A program made the position numbers and the translations under genes. The notes beneath the pieces are model-generated. The model had not been told where the DNA came from, made no database searches, and worked only from the letters and a program-made list of their open reading frames with translations. Below, in pieces: positions 48,301-58,800 of a DNA stretch of 64,000 nt. Every line of letters begins with the position of its first letter. Position 1 is the stretch's first letter. This stretch comes from Haliotis cracherodii. Lineage: Eukaryota. The stretch covers positions 21,824,001-21,888,000 of the forward strand of contig NW_027266270.1 in NCBI RefSeq assembly GCF_022045235.1, in the 5' to 3' direction.

Positions 48301-48613
48301 GGCTTCACGCATTTCCTTAGTGCGACATGAAATCCCCGCCTTCTGAGTGAGAAAACAACGTTTTATCCACGAGGCNNNNNNNNNNNNNNNNNNNNNNNNN
48401 NNNNNNNNNNNNNNNNNNNNNNNNNNNNNNNNNNNNNNNNNNNNNNNNNNNNNNNNNNNNNNNNNNNNNNNNNNNNNNNNNNNNNNNNNNNNNNNNNNNN
48501 NNNNNNNNNNNNNCGTACACGTACAAAACGGGCAACGGGGTACAGACAATTGATTCTTGACACTGACCTGAGCAGCACACCAGAATGCCGAGTAACCACA
48601 CGTGTAGCTCCAT
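25228..48613 (-). CDS. Type-I membrane C-type lectin + PAN/apple protein, 352 aa: complement(join(48613-48568,35184-34998,34265-34036,30212-29940,25550-25228))
   Basis: GT-AG introns with phases 1,2,1,1 give one open frame: signal MELHVWLLGILVCCSGTSA; CTLD (TWNEAKLICE..MWLAL..QPAN..FCVAM..WSLQNC..FICQ); PAN (DCATSC..ECWGFSY..TC..IC); CYCEC, coiled coil, RKLISVMDDRPSSQSIG, TM YIGVVFLSLVFGSIIILDL. Confidence 0.88.
26032..27653 (-). mobile_element. Tc1/mariner DD34E transposon, full length, transposase frameshifted
   Basis: TIRs aactgggcggcaaaagaaagtata / tatactttcttttgccgcttagtt flanked by TA; MPRLSQEQ..AIGM..IARRFGC HTH, GRPRVTT, LLTDGS, VMVWGGI, QHDNARPH-34aa-SPDMNPIE. Confidence 0.95.
27279..27356. 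repeat. (CT)n/(GA)n microsatellite inside the Tc1 transposase N-terminus
   Basis: Directly visible; encodes (RE)n. Confidence 0.95.
28169..28480 (-). mobile_element. tRNA-derived SINE family D, internally deleted
   Basis: Reverse match to 33324-33610; (cacct)n tail after gcgacgttaaac. Confidence 0.8.
28640..28850 (+). mobile_element. Tc1-like transposase N-terminal fragment
   Basis: HSTISRFWHRYQPHGALRDRHSSGRP (HTH + GRP). Confidence 0.6.
29630..29765 (+). mobile_element. SINE family C 3' remnant with a (CGAA)n tail
   Basis: acttcgggctttcctc...aagcggcgtaacccaaattcgctcacgaacgaac... Confidence 0.65.
29940..30212 (-). CDS. Lectin gene PAN/apple exon
   Basis: tcttttag / (G)DCWF...KICVG / gtgagt; 273 nt, phase 1-1. 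Confidence 0.9.
30961..31448. mobile_element. MITE with ~80-bp TIRs and 9-bp TSD (Mutator-like TSD length), probably nested in an older MITE (~30840-31483)
   Basis: catcttcccgaggcaag...cttgcctcgggaagatg; TSD agacaaaag on both sides; second copy at 57720-58263. Confidence 0.9.
31883..32140 (-). mobile_element. SINE family C, truncated, long (cact)n tail
   Basis: Similar to 37038-37317. Confidence 0.8.
32270..32490 (+). mobile_element. Family B retroelement
   Basis: cccgtaaaaggcgactatgcttgtcgtaagggccgactaac...gcggcgttaaacaacaaacaaac. Confidence 0.85.
33262..33320. repeat. Poly-C tract (G-quadruplex-prone on the minus strand)
   Basis: Near-pure C run of ~55 nt. Confidence 0.9.
33324..33610 (+). 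mobile_element. tRNA-derived SINE family D (central body resembles mollusc Meta-type SINEs), 3' truncated
   Basis: A box tggtccagtggtag, B box ggttcgatccc; body ggactggttggctcgg...gctagcactataaa; other copies 28169-28480 and 62670-63017. Confidence 0.82.
33622..33704. repeat. Short foldback element (28-bp arms, GC-rich centre)
   Basis: gtaactctccattccttacaaataatgg ... ccattatttttaaggaatggagagttac. Confidence 0.85.
34036..34265 (-). CDS. Lectin gene CTLD exon (3' half)
   Basis: ttgtag / MSQNMMWLAL...FICQRND / gtaagg; phase 2-1. Confidence 0.92.
34745..34990 (+). mobile_element. Family B retroelement, diverged
   Basis: gggttagaatag..gttgtaagaggcaac..ggatcgggtgatcaggctc..gcggcgttaaacaac. Confidence 0.8.
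34998..35184 (-). CDS. Lectin gene CTLD exon (5' half)
   Basis: tttttccag / GTSAYPS..TWNEAKLICE..FSK / gtgagt; phase 1-2. Confidence 0.9.
37038..37317 (-). mobile_element. SINE family C, full length (tRNA-Leu-like head, V-domain-like body)
   Basis: TSD ctcgtgctagtg; gtgacccagtcgtctaagggcgcc ... gtgggttcgaatccc; cgtgggtttc...ggctttcctcccaca; shared tail + (cact)n. Confidence 0.88.
37924..39729. mobile_element. Composite non-autonomous DNA transposon with TACGG termini, 6-bp TSD and 21-bp arrays (IS3EU-like); second left end at 38161
   Basis: tacggaagccttttagggcc ... ggccctaaaaggcttccgta; TSD gttacg (37918-37923 / 39730-39735); arrays of tactatct-tgaaatttca-act. Confidence 0.88.
38310..39686 (-). 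mobile_element. 5'-truncated LINE (RTE-X-like ORF2 C-terminus, 3'UTR, (ATTG)n tail) nested in the TACGG element
   Basis: 301-aa open ORF 38717-39622: FDAQVQPILLYGSEVWG, MVYGECGRYPL, CPFC..ENELHFLFICP.Y; aataaa+gattgattgattga tail. Confidence 0.88.
40350..40485 (-). mobile_element. SINE family A, degenerate
   Basis: gtgagtatg..acgccgct..attccagcaatatcac..aatcgaatccggg. Confidence 0.6.
40657..40827 (+). mobile_element. SINE family A, full length
   Basis: TSD tcttataagtcac; nearly identical to 17003-17168. Confidence 0.93.
41900..43200 (+). mobile_element. CR1/L2-group LINE RT and C-terminal fragment, decayed; interrupted by a family C head fragment (~42607-42663, minus)
   Basis: FCDVSRAFDKV remnant; ORF 42064-42639 GVPQGSVFGPLLFLIYIND..LFAD..HKHLG. 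Confidence 0.88.
43338..43460. mobile_element. Penelope-like pLTR remnant: 36-bp inverted repeat around a minimal hammerhead-like motif (minus, 43371-43412)
   Basis: cac-CCGATGA-a-ggagta-agcata-tactgc-GAAAC-gttgtg; arms tgttcctcataa.aaagaagttgacat..ataaatt. Confidence 0.6.
44350..45010 (+). mobile_element. Penelope (Poseidon-like) 3' end with inverted pLTR
   Basis: ORF 44466-44675 HNINWDNAQI..KRKISEAVHI..KPSINRDQGY (GIY-YIG C-terminus); 44355-44490 is the reverse complement of ~44875-45010. Confidence 0.8.
45858..46022 (-). mobile_element. SINE family A, full length
   Basis: TSD aaacattctaga. Confidence 0.93.
46120..46255 (-). mobile_element. Solo Penelope pLTR fragment with hammerhead-like motif
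   Basis: gcgacgtttcggtatagatccttataccgttgtcaagcaa..ctgaat shared with 44420-44468. Confidence 0.7.
46567..48112. repeat. 30-bp minisatellite (~51 copies) with a 360-bp higher-order duplication
   Basis: Unit aatcactctgtactctatacggtactctat; lines 46981/47341, 47041/47401, 47101/47461 and 47161/47521 identical. Confidence 0.97.
48228..48375 (-). mobile_element. SINE family A, degenerate, cut by gap
   Basis: gagtgagt..acgcc..gaaatgggcttcac. Confidence 0.6.
48376..48513. other. Assembly gap (138 N)
   Basis: N run. Confidence 1.
48568..48613 (-). CDS. Lectin gene first coding exon (signal peptide); exon spans 48642-48568
   Basis: tacttgcag acceptor, gccagcATGG context, MELHVWLLGILVCCS+g / gtcagt; phase 1 joins GTSA at 35184. 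Confidence 0.8.
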
Positions 48614-50404
48614 GCTGGCTCCGTCACATCCTCCCCTCCAATCTGCAAGTACAAACATTCATATGTACAGAGGAACCTCGCTGATCCGGACCTGGTTAAT
48701 CTGCTTTTCGGACGGTTACTTTTAGGAAAGTTTTCATATATACAAACAATACCCATCCGTAGCGATGGCTACGGAAATTTTGCGCGCAACGGTTCTGCTC
48801 GGATTGTTAAACAACAGTACTTTATACATGTACAAGGCTGGAATATAGATATCCAAGGAACGTATGCTAGGATTATATCGTATATGTATGTCTCTCTCGT
48901 ATAACAGATAAGCTGATAATCCATCATTCAGCCAGCCAGCCAGCCATCCATCCATCAATCCATTCATTGAAACGGAGATATATTAGTTACAACGCAAGCA
49001 GCCGAACAGAGGACCACTGAATCGAAGTACAATCAAACGGTCGGGCGCCATACTGAAAAGTGCCATGACGATATGGTACATCTCACAGACAGTCGCCAAT
49101 GGTATTAACCAATGTATGTAACACTGACAGTACTCACACAACGTCTCATGAGCTGTAATTCCAAGACTATTGTCCTGATTCAGGATATAGACAATACATG
49201 AAACAAAACATGCATGGCGACAATAGGGCTTGAGGAATATGACCATTTGTATCCCTGGCGTGATTGCAGTTTAATAGAGATATTACACGAGTAATGTGAT
49301 AATACGTACTTACACGATGTAAACTTTAATGAATTATTGGACATGAAGAAAATGCTTTACACATCCGCCAAGCCCATGAATCACATCGTCTGCTTGGGAG
49401 TATTGTTTTTCATATCCGTGCGTTATACGATTATCGCTACGGTCGATACTGTTGCTCGACGTCAATGGTTATATTTTCTGTTGTCATCGATGTATTGCAA
49501 TTGGCCAAGGGACAATTGGCTGCATCGAAATTTCGATCAATCAGCACATCCCAAGTAAATGATAACTGTTGGAATAAGATGAGCGCTCAGATGCCACTGG
49601 GGATGTTAGTAATAGTGAGCGAGTGACGTTTTACATTACCTTAAATAATATTACAGCAATAGCACGTGCGAACACCAATACTTGACCTCACACTGTGTGC
49701 CCGCGCATGCGTGGAATCGAACCCAGGACTCGTGACGAAGGTCTGGATTTTGGAACAATAAATAATAAATACAATAGGTCTTGCTTATTAAACTTTTTTG
49801 AATGTTTCTTGTCGTGAGAACAGAAAGCCGCTTTTACCAATATCCCAGCAACAGAATCCCCATGGGAACCACAGGGATGTTTAATACATTATGAGCAGAT
49901 ATCAAAACGAACCTGGCGACAAGCGAACGGTTTAACCTTCAGGTCACCTAGCCGGTGTCAAAGGTCACCGCTGTTAATTAGAGCGTACTGTCAACATTTC
50001 AGATAAATCATTCAGGGTATAGTTTTCACATGGTTTCTTTCCCATGAAGAGGTGAACGGGTAGAACGGCTGCGTGAGCTCATCGATATGGCAAGGGATGG
50101 ATACATAGTTCACACAGCCCCTCCTAACGATAACACTGCAAGTACTTAAAATTAAAAATAACATTCGATAAAATGAGGTCAATACAAATGTCTTGGAGAC
50201 ATATTCTCGAAGCTGTCTGTGTTTAGACAAATCTTAGCGGATTTAATTATTCTGTAAGCTTTCCAAACCTATCGCAACGTTTACTTACGACATTTCTCTT
50301 AGCTAAGACAGTGAACCCTTTGTGACAGAGGGAAAATAAGTTGGAGAGATTCCGATCACATCATCAGTTATTGAGGGAATTCCCTGTATTGAAATTCGTG
50401 TATG

Positions 50405-50547
50405 CGTGAGTGAGTTGGGTTTAACGCAGCTTTTGATATCATTCTAGTTATATCACAGCGTGTCAGCTTAATGTGGGAGGAAAGCCCGAAGTGATGCAGG
50501 TCTCAGACGTTTACCACTTCGGTGATCATGAAACGAGCACGGGTTCG
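50405..50547 (-). mobile_element. SINE family C 3' half
   Basis: Near identical to 37040-37180. Confidence 0.82.
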
Positions 50548-50549
50548 CA

Positions 50550-51205
50550 GGTTCCAGATGTTCGCGAAATGTTGAGCGTATCCTGCTCCACCGGTTGTAC
50601 CCATCACAAACACTTGCAAAGGCAAGTTAATTGTTCACATGAAAAAGACGGGAACATATGGTACAAGTCAACATTGGGAACTGCCTCGGACATCATTTTT
50701 GTCAGTGATGCGTCACATTTGGAAATGTCCTCCAAATGTCTGCCTTTAAAGTTTTTGAAAGCTTTACTGAGGTATTGAATGTTGTATCTTTTATCAAACA
50801 ACCACTGAGCAAGAGCCTATGTCGCTCTCGGTGGATAGCTGTGAAATGTAAACACGAAAGGCTGGAGCTGCAGAAATTTTGCTCAACATAAGGGAAAGTT
50901 GACTATTGGAAAGTTGAAGTCATCCCTCTTGTCATACAGTCTTGAGTTTTGTCACTTTGCATCTTTATGTATAGATCTTAATATGAAACAGATGAGGCGG
51001 TCTCACTGGTATCCTTTATTTCTAGTTCAAGTGCGATAATCACTGGAAGGGAATTAGCTATTTGATTGTTATTGAACGATATAAGATCATCGATATACCT
51101 GAAGCTTAAGTTAAATTTCTTGACCAGATTAACTTGTTTTGACTTTGCCATTCCGAGCAGAAATTCCGATTCATGTGCACAAAGAAACAGATCAGCAAGG
51201 AAAGG
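50550..51205 (-). mobile_element. Naiad-like Penelope RT C-terminus + 3' terminal motif
   Basis: FRYIDDLISF..LYDKRDDFNF..VNFP..YLSKAFKNFKGRH; ends with gtgatgggtac..ggagcagg..ttcgcgaacatctgg; no GIY-YIG downstream. Confidence 0.75.
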
Positions 51206-51370
51206 GTGCAGAATTTGCAGTTGCGAGACTTAGTAAGTGTATACATATATGGGATCCCCGATTTGGCGATGGTCTGTTAGTTTTTAAAAAAAAAAACACA
51301 GCTGCAGTTTGCAGTATGTGGCGTTAGTGATTTTATTTAACGTATGATAATTTAAGGTGTACCAGGATCA

Positions 51371-51799
51371 CGAGGGGTACGTGGGGTTTTATGTGTCCCG
51401 CGTTAGGTTTTATATCACGTCCCGGAATCGAATAGAATAAAACCTAATAAATCCCTTATACCCCACTTCGAAGCAAAATCCCACACGCTTTTTCCGAGTC
51501 AATGAAATTCACTGTGTAAGGAACATGGGGTTTTATGCGTCTTATGCGAATTTATTTTACCGACATGTTTTACACATTTTGAAAGAATTAACACAAATTC
51601 AAAATTGATAGAAAACATCTGTTCGATAGCGCTTAGATTACCTTGTGCTATGTCACGTAACTTTCTTTGCGTACGGGTTTTTGCTTCGAAGTGAGGTATT
51701 AGGGATTTATTCTCCCGCTGAGAAATCCACATCCAGCATGTTTTCTCCCTGGTGGGGTATAAGGGATTTCTTCTCCCTCTCATAAATGTATTGCCCTCG
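51371..51799. mobile_element. MITE-like element with internal inverted repeats
   Basis: aataaatcccttataccccacttcgaagcaaaa (~51446) vs ttttgcttcgaagtgaggtattagggatttatt (~51679); cgaggg...ccctcg ends. Confidence 0.55.
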
Positions 51800-51801
51800 C
51801 A

Positions 51802-52545
51802 GACTTACTTACTTACTTACTTTGGAGATTTATGCGTATTTCGCACTCGGGCCCGGCCAGGCCATTTAATGTGTTTCCGAAAGGGGCGAAGGTGGCCTGT
51901 GCAACACTAAGAGGGGGCTTTAGGGGTTGCTTATATATAATTTGGGAATTTTGAGATTTGGAATAGATGCCGATGGGGTTGGGGAGGAGAACTAAGGGAG
52001 CTGGGTATGGTGGATGTTTGTTTGTTTATGTGATTTTGATTTGGTAGGTTATTATGTTTTTAGATGCGTTATATTAGTTCCGTTTTGATTAAGAATAAGC
52101 CTAAGGCCTTTAAGTTTTCTAGTTTATTTTGTGGGTTTAGTATTGCTTCTAGAGTGAGAGCCTTGTTTAGATTGAGGGTGGTTTGTAATGCGGTTCGATG
52201 TGTGAGGTAGTGTGTGCAGTGGATGAGTGCGTGTTCTGGGGTTTCTGGTTGTTTGCAATGTGGGCAGTTACCTGTAGTGTGTTTTTTTTAATTTTTTTTA
52301 GGTGGTTATTTAGGTTGGTGTGTCCTGTTTGGAGTTAAGTGATTACTCTGTCGATTTTTTTTGATGGATGGGGAATTTTTGGTTTGGTTAGTGGTTTGCT
52401 GAGCACTTTTTTGATTTGGCTATTTGAGTTTAGATATAGGTTATGCCATTTTTTGGTGATTTTTTGCTTGTTTACACTTTTAATTTCTGATTTTGAGATG
52501 GGTAAGTTCAAGCTTATTTCTGGGATTTTGAGGGATAGCTGCAGA
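51802..52545 (-). mobile_element. 5'-truncated LINE 3' end (I-group-like) with (TAAG)n tail
   Basis: Minus reads ..KWHNLY..IDRVIT*LQTGH..CPHCKQPETPEHALIHCTHY (CCHC); 3'UTR; gtaagtaagtaag tail. Confidence 0.8.
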
Positions 52546-53237
52546 CGGGATACATCGCATTTTATCAAAATAACGTAAACCAATCAGATTTAGACATTCA
52601 GACATGGAGGTATGATACGATTATTTGTGCATTTCTTCTGAGCATCTAAATAGTAAAACAAATCTTTAAGAAAGTTGAAAAAAAACCTGACACCTATTAA
52701 ATCCATGAAAAAGACGCCAAAGACATAACAATGGGGCATATCCTGCATGTATGTTTCATTGTTATATGTACAGGATTTCTTTGTGATGTCCATTAAGCTT
52801 ACACTATATACCAGGACGAGAATTACGTGCATTATGTCGGCATGGCCGGACGTCAAACACAGATAGATTGCATCAAACACATTGATCAAACACCCTTTTG
52901 GTGGATGTGAAAAGGAAATCCTGAACATAACAATCGAACACACATTCATACAGTACAGGATGTTCCGCAACTGCGACGTGGTTTATGCAAAGCTGCCAGA
53001 GAGCAAAATCGATAAATTGGGAAGGAATGTTATAGGAATCAACCTACATAGATTGTAAACCGACACCGGTTATCTTAAGTATATTTACCCAACACTGAAG
53101 AATAATTTTGAATCGTTTCTGTTATGATTCGTAAGGGACTAAGCATTCATGGACTAAGTGATTTACAAACAGCATGCATATATATGATAGACAAGTTGTT
53201 TACCCCATTAGACGCTATATATTTCATACATACGCAT

Positions 53238-53398
53238 NNNNNNNNNNNNNNNNNNNNNNNNNNNNNNNNNNNNNNNNNNNNNNNNNNNNNNNNNNNNNNN
53301 NNNNNNNNNNNNNNNNNNNNNNNNNNNNNNNNNNNNNNNNNNNNNNNNNNNNNNNNNNNNNNNNNNNNNNNNNNNNNNNNNNNNNNNNNNNNNNNNNN
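53238..53398. other. Assembly gap (161 N)
   Basis: N run. Confidence 1.
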
Positions 53399-53624
53399 GG
53401 TAAATACAGTGTTTACAATCTGTATTATACAATCTTTACGTCAATCTAATAAAACTTCATGAATAGGCGGTCTTGAAAACAATCTATACACTGAAACTCG
53501 TTAGACCGGACCCGTTGCCTCTGAAACCACGAGTCCCGGACAAGTACTCCTCGAAACGTCTTCATAAGATCAAAGACGACAAAACCAAATCCATAATCAC
53601 ACGAAAACTCTTTAAATTAGAAAT

Positions 53625-54350
53625 GATAACGGGTGTTCGCGAAACATGAGCCTAACCTGCCCAACCGGTAGCACCCGTCACAAACACGTTCAAAGGCAAG
53701 TGTTCCCCTGAACAAGGGAACATCAGTTAACCTGACATTTTCAAGTCAAAATAGTGAATTTCATCGGATATCATTTTGGGCACCGATGCGTCAAATTTGG
53801 AAATGTCATCGACATGTCTGCCATTTAACCTTTGGAAGCTTTACTGAGGCTAAAACAAATTTATGGCAAGAGTCCTATGACGATCTTTGAAATCTTCGTT
53901 TAAAGACCATGCTCGATTGTATCCCCAATGTTGGCAAATGTAGACACCAAAGGCTGGAGCTGTTTGAATATTGCTCGACATAAAGGAAAGTCGATTTAAT
54001 GGAAAGTTGAAGTGTCCCTCTTGTCATACAGGTACATGGATCGCGATCTACACATGAAACAGGCGAAGCTGTTTCACTGGTCTCTTCTCCGTTCTAGTTC
54101 ACGAGGGTAAATCAGTGGAAGGAATTGACTATTTTACAAATATTTAACGATATCAGCTTGTCGATATAGTTAAAGCTCTCGTGTTTTGATTTTGCCAATT
54201 CGAGCAGAAATTCCGAATCAATGTGTTAAAGAAACAGATCAGCAAGGAGGGGAACACAACTGGTGCCTAATTCTTGCCTAAATGTCCCATGTCAAAAATG
54301 CACATAATGTATAAGTTAACTATGAGGAAGTCCAGCATTTGACATATTGC
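53625..54350 (-). mobile_element. Naiad-like Penelope RT fragment + 3' terminal motif
   Basis: Colinear with 50550-51205 and 4995-5565. Confidence 0.75.
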
Positions 54351-54626
54351 CAAAGTGAAATCACTAGTAATCAAAATTTGTTATTCCGGAACTTTGTGAA
54401 TCCGGATGATTTCATTTGGAGACAAAAGAGTTGCTTCACTGTATATCAAATAAACCTTAGAGGCGATGTTAAACAGTCATATTAACATCTCTCAATAACA
54501 TTTCCTTGTGATGTACATTTACTTTAAATTGGCGCATTCCTTTAATCCAAAACTGAAACATTAAAGTTAATATGATACAGTTGAAATATTATGGTACCTT
54601 TGAAAACAGCTATAGCAAATGCTTAC

Positions 54627-54840
54627 CTACTCTAGGCAAAGCACACACGCCATCATCCCCAGCGCAACTGCTGATACCTCCTTCGAAGTCGTCAACTCTA
54701 GCAACAGTGTTAACTCTTTATATATCGGTAAACAGGTAGGTGGTCGATATATTGGCACTGTTCTTGTTATTGTCAGGCGTTTGCCCTGGTTGTTGTGTGT
54801 CTGTAATTTTCCCTGGGTGACGTCAGACCATGGACTTTCA
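54627..54840 (-). promoter_or_regulatory. Candidate promoter and non-coding exon 1 (~54695-54627) of the lectin gene
   Basis: TATATAAA at 54724-54717; AG/gtaagc donor at 54627; kappaB-like GGGAAAATTAC 54813-54803; CRE TGACGTCA 54818-54825; the exon at 48642 has an acceptor, so an upstream exon is required. Confidence 0.5.
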
Positions 54841-55384
54841 CTTGGGATGTTGTTGATGTTAAAATGTTTAACGGAAAATGAAAAGTGAATAGTTGATTGG
54901 AAGAAGCACTTCATAAAGTAGTTGGGTCCAGAAGAAGAGAATGTACATGATTGTCATCTTTCACCGAAACCGTAATTTATAAATAAAACATTTGTTACTT
55001 AATCAATTTTTGATTTTAATAAACGTTATATCTATTTCTTGAAAAGCTATTTTTTAAGTTATTAACATTATGATTCGATTTGTTATTTTATTTTATAAAC
55101 AGTTTTAATTTTTCTTTTGGCTACAATATGTAGTAAAGATAACGGGTAAAAGTGAAATCACACACAAAAGCCGTACAATTAGTTGTATAACCCAAACGGC
55201 CAGAGAAATGTCCTGCAAACCAGTGGTTGATGTCATGAGCATCGGCCCGTTCTGTGGAGTCGATAGGATACACAGAGAGCCATATGTTAATAGCATTGTA
55301 CAATGTAACGTCACATCTACCATAATTGGTAAGTAAAACACGTGCGATAACGTCCGTTACCGAAATAATGTTCTAATCAACATT

Positions 55385-55445
55385 AAACTCACTCACTCAC
55401 TCACTCACTCACTCACTCACTCACCCAAACCCACTCACTCACTCT
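55385..55445. repeat. (CACT)n microsatellite, SINE-tail derived
   Basis: Follows cattaaac. Confidence 0.85.
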
Positions 55446-56934
55446 GCGTTTTATGACACCGTACTTTTAATGAGAGTAACCGACTTCATATATCTGGAAT
55501 ATTGATGAGTGCGGCGTTAAACAACAAACAAACAAACAAAATGTAGTGATAGTTGCACCAAAGGACAGTAAGCACAATATAGCTTTCTGGCTGTACATGA
55601 AATATAAAGTGTTAATGCTGTGCTTTCCTAGCATCCCCTTCAATGACGGGGCGAGTGACGTCGACAACAGCAAATGGTGTTACCGGGGGTTGCCATGATC
55701 ACATCAACATACCCGCACAATGTGCGGACTGCAGATAACCAGGCGGCGAGGAAGCTGGTCATTGATCATGCGTGGCTGCATTGTTCTCTTTACGTGATTA
55801 ACTGACTGTAAGAATCTGTTGAAAGAATTATTTCCCTGCAAAGGGTTAGGAGCGTATTCTTGTTAATAAGGCTTTTAAAGAGTAGCGGACAATTTAGGTT
55901 GTCCCATTGTGCTACCATTGAACTGTGCAGCTTAAATTATGTTTATTATTCTAGAGTGATAACCTAATATGACCTTGCGTACATATAAAACGCAAACTTG
56001 CATTTGTGTTATAATAACATAATTTAATCCATCATTATGATATGGCTCCATCACATTGCTACCCCTGCATATTTCATTATAAATATTCTAGACCCTTTGT
56101 AATATTCTGTTGACTGAGCCTGATAACCTAACTATAAATGGCCAATGTCCCAATAGAACACATGGTACTTCTTATAGCATCAACCTGCGTTTACCAAAGC
56201 TGTACCCGTGTCAATCTCTGTTATACTCTGAGGATGGTAAAACAATTCTTAGGTCAGCTCTATTTGTTCACCATCGTGTCGGCGTAAGAATTATATAGTA
56301 TCATGACGTCAGTTCGTAAAAATAAATGAGTACACCCACTTTGTGACGTCATCAGCACAGATAAATTATATGCAGCTCTATAGTACTCACTGATCATGAT
56401 ATCATATGGCTGTACTCTTGTCTTGTGTATTGGCCGGATCTCTTTAGTACAATAAAACATCTTGATCTTGATCTACGACATCGCATAGTCCACCTTTACG
56501 TGTACTGTAGTTGCATAGCTAAACATCGTCAGGTTAAAAGAATAGAGATAGGAATGACATGGTATTGTAATTACTACCCACGCCAACAAACATGCAGTAC
56601 CGTTTTATTTCATAGGCGTAGCTTGCACATGTCAACTAAACATCAGTATTTCACTACTGTTCAATGAGGCAAACTGGAATATTACTTTATTGCAAAATGA
56701 GAATTGATTAAATGATTCGGGGCTAAATCCGTTCAGTCAATCATTTATTTTCCCGACGTCGGATATTAAAGCATCGATTGAAATTGCTTCACTTTCACCT
56801 TTTCTAATCATGGCTGATGTTGTGATTCCTTCTATGCGTCTTGCTGGGTACCAACAGTGTGGGGGAACTCACAATACACATTTCACATCCGAATGATCAG
56901 TTATGGGACAATGGAGGGGCCTACTCATAATGAT

Positions 56935-57085
56935 TGAGTGAGTGAGTATGGTTTAACGCCGCTTTTAGCAATATTCCAGCAATATCACGGCGGGGGACAC
57001 CAGAAATGGGCTTCACGCATTGTATCCATGTCGGGAATCGAACCCGGGTCTTCGGCGTGACGAGCGAACGCTCTAACCACCAGGT
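56935..57085 (-). mobile_element. SINE family A
   Basis: Near identical to 45858-46022. Confidence 0.9.
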
Positions 57086-57429
57086 TGGTGTGGTTTTAGG
57101 GGTTGGGGGTTGTGGGGTTGGGGAGATGGAGCTGAGTCGGTAGTTTTTGTCACATGTTATCAATGGCAATGATTCAGAATCTTCACGAGATACACAACCA
57201 AGAGACAGAGAGTCAGAACTAAAAAGCCCAGTATTTCAAAAATGGATTCGAACATGATAATAAATAATGTTCCAAAATTCTGTAATGTCAATCGTAGAAA
57301 TGCAGCAGATATGGTAGCGGCTTGAAATGTTGCTTTAGTTCACGGTTATCCGTGTAAAATGACTAAACTAGTTACAGTTGAAAAAAACACCTGCAGTGTG
57401 ATCAGAGGATGCATATAGGTATAAACAGC

Positions 57430-58800
57430 TCACATGTTTGTCATTGAGGAGTTCAGGACTCAACGGTAACATGCTACGTATACTGGCAGGGATAAAGAGT
57501 CATTGGTATGCTGCAATTGGGGAGCACATATATGACAACGTCGTATGACACTATGGTTGCTACCGTCCAACAATCACCAGTAGTAGACAGGTAGACAGTG
57601 CAGACGATGGACAGTACCCGGGGAAACAGACCACGCGTCACCACCCCCAACGAACATCGGTATTTGTGTATTCTTCATTTGAGGAAGCGCTTCTTGACTT
57701 TGGCTTCACTGCATCCAGACATCTTCCCGAGGCAAGAGAGTTAACTGACTATAAAAGTCCACTTTCCACTCTTGCCTAACTAGGCTGGTATTATGGAGTT
57801 AGATTTTGGCTGGACTAACGAGTCTATGTATAGTCCAATCAAAATCGCCCACCGATATAGAAATCCGGTTCGTAAACTGTCATGCAGATTTCGGTTGATT
57901 GCAGGTTTTGCACAGCATGTGCACCCCCATCTCGTTGTCAACAGATATTTTCCAAATCTTTTAATGTTTTTAATCAAGGTGCTCACGTCATTTGATGCAC
58001 TTCGCGATGTAAGACCCGTTTTATCACAATATAGACCTTGATTGTTGATCAGATCGTCTTGACTGGGCGCCACCATTTCGTTTGAAGCTAACGTAAGTGA
58101 TGCGAGAGGTGGAATCTGATTGGTCCATAGAAGAGGCATGGAAGGGACTTAACTCGTAACAGCCACTGGTGGCGCTACGATCGAGCCCAGGAATTTCAGC
58201 CTAGTTCGGTAAGGGTGGAAACTGGACTTTTAAAGTCAGTTTATCTCTTGCCTCGGGAAAATGCATCAAAAGAACGTCATCATGGTATTCGGGTCTCTAG
58301 ACACTTCCATGGCGTCACACTGATACGTCGACATAGACGTCAAAGACGCAGTATACCACGGTGGAAGAACAGGGACGTGTTTTCTGAAGAGAACAAGTTG
58401 CAGCTCTTCACAGCAGATATCAGATTACGTGAGTACTGAAGACACTGTTCCATTTGGAGCTGGAACTGTAATGACCTGCGACAACTTTCATTGTCAGATT
58501 AGAAACCGACCTGATCCTGAAAACAGGCGCAATTTTATACAGGCGTAACTCAATACAGGCGCCAAATACCGAATGACAACATCCATCTGATGATCTCTGC
58601 ATGGCTGTGATCCGGTGATACAATACAGTGACTGCAAACTGACAATGTCCTCCAGTGTCCTCGTAATACTCGTAAGTCCTGTATTTTCACAACACTTTTA
58701 CTGCTACAACTTACAGCATTGCCTGGGGTTGAGGGTTTACCACAAATACTAGATCAGGTACCCTGTATATCAATTGAGCAATATAGGAAATGCCTATACT
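57430..58800 (+). mobile_element. Decayed Tc1 transposase interrupted by a MITE
   Basis: GNRPRVTTPNEHRYLCILHLRKRF before, and RWKNRDVFSEENKLQLF after, the insertion; homologous to the 26-27.6 kb Tc1. Confidence 0.7.
57720..58263. mobile_element. Second copy of the ~80-bp-TIR MITE (longer internal region)
   Basis: Colinear with 30961-31448; TSD degenerate. Confidence 0.88.

Noticed and set aside
56300-56355. Paired CRE palindromes as an enhancer
   Set aside because: TGACGTCA recurs in several repeat-like contexts (~11110, 11789, 31585, 36168); no independent support
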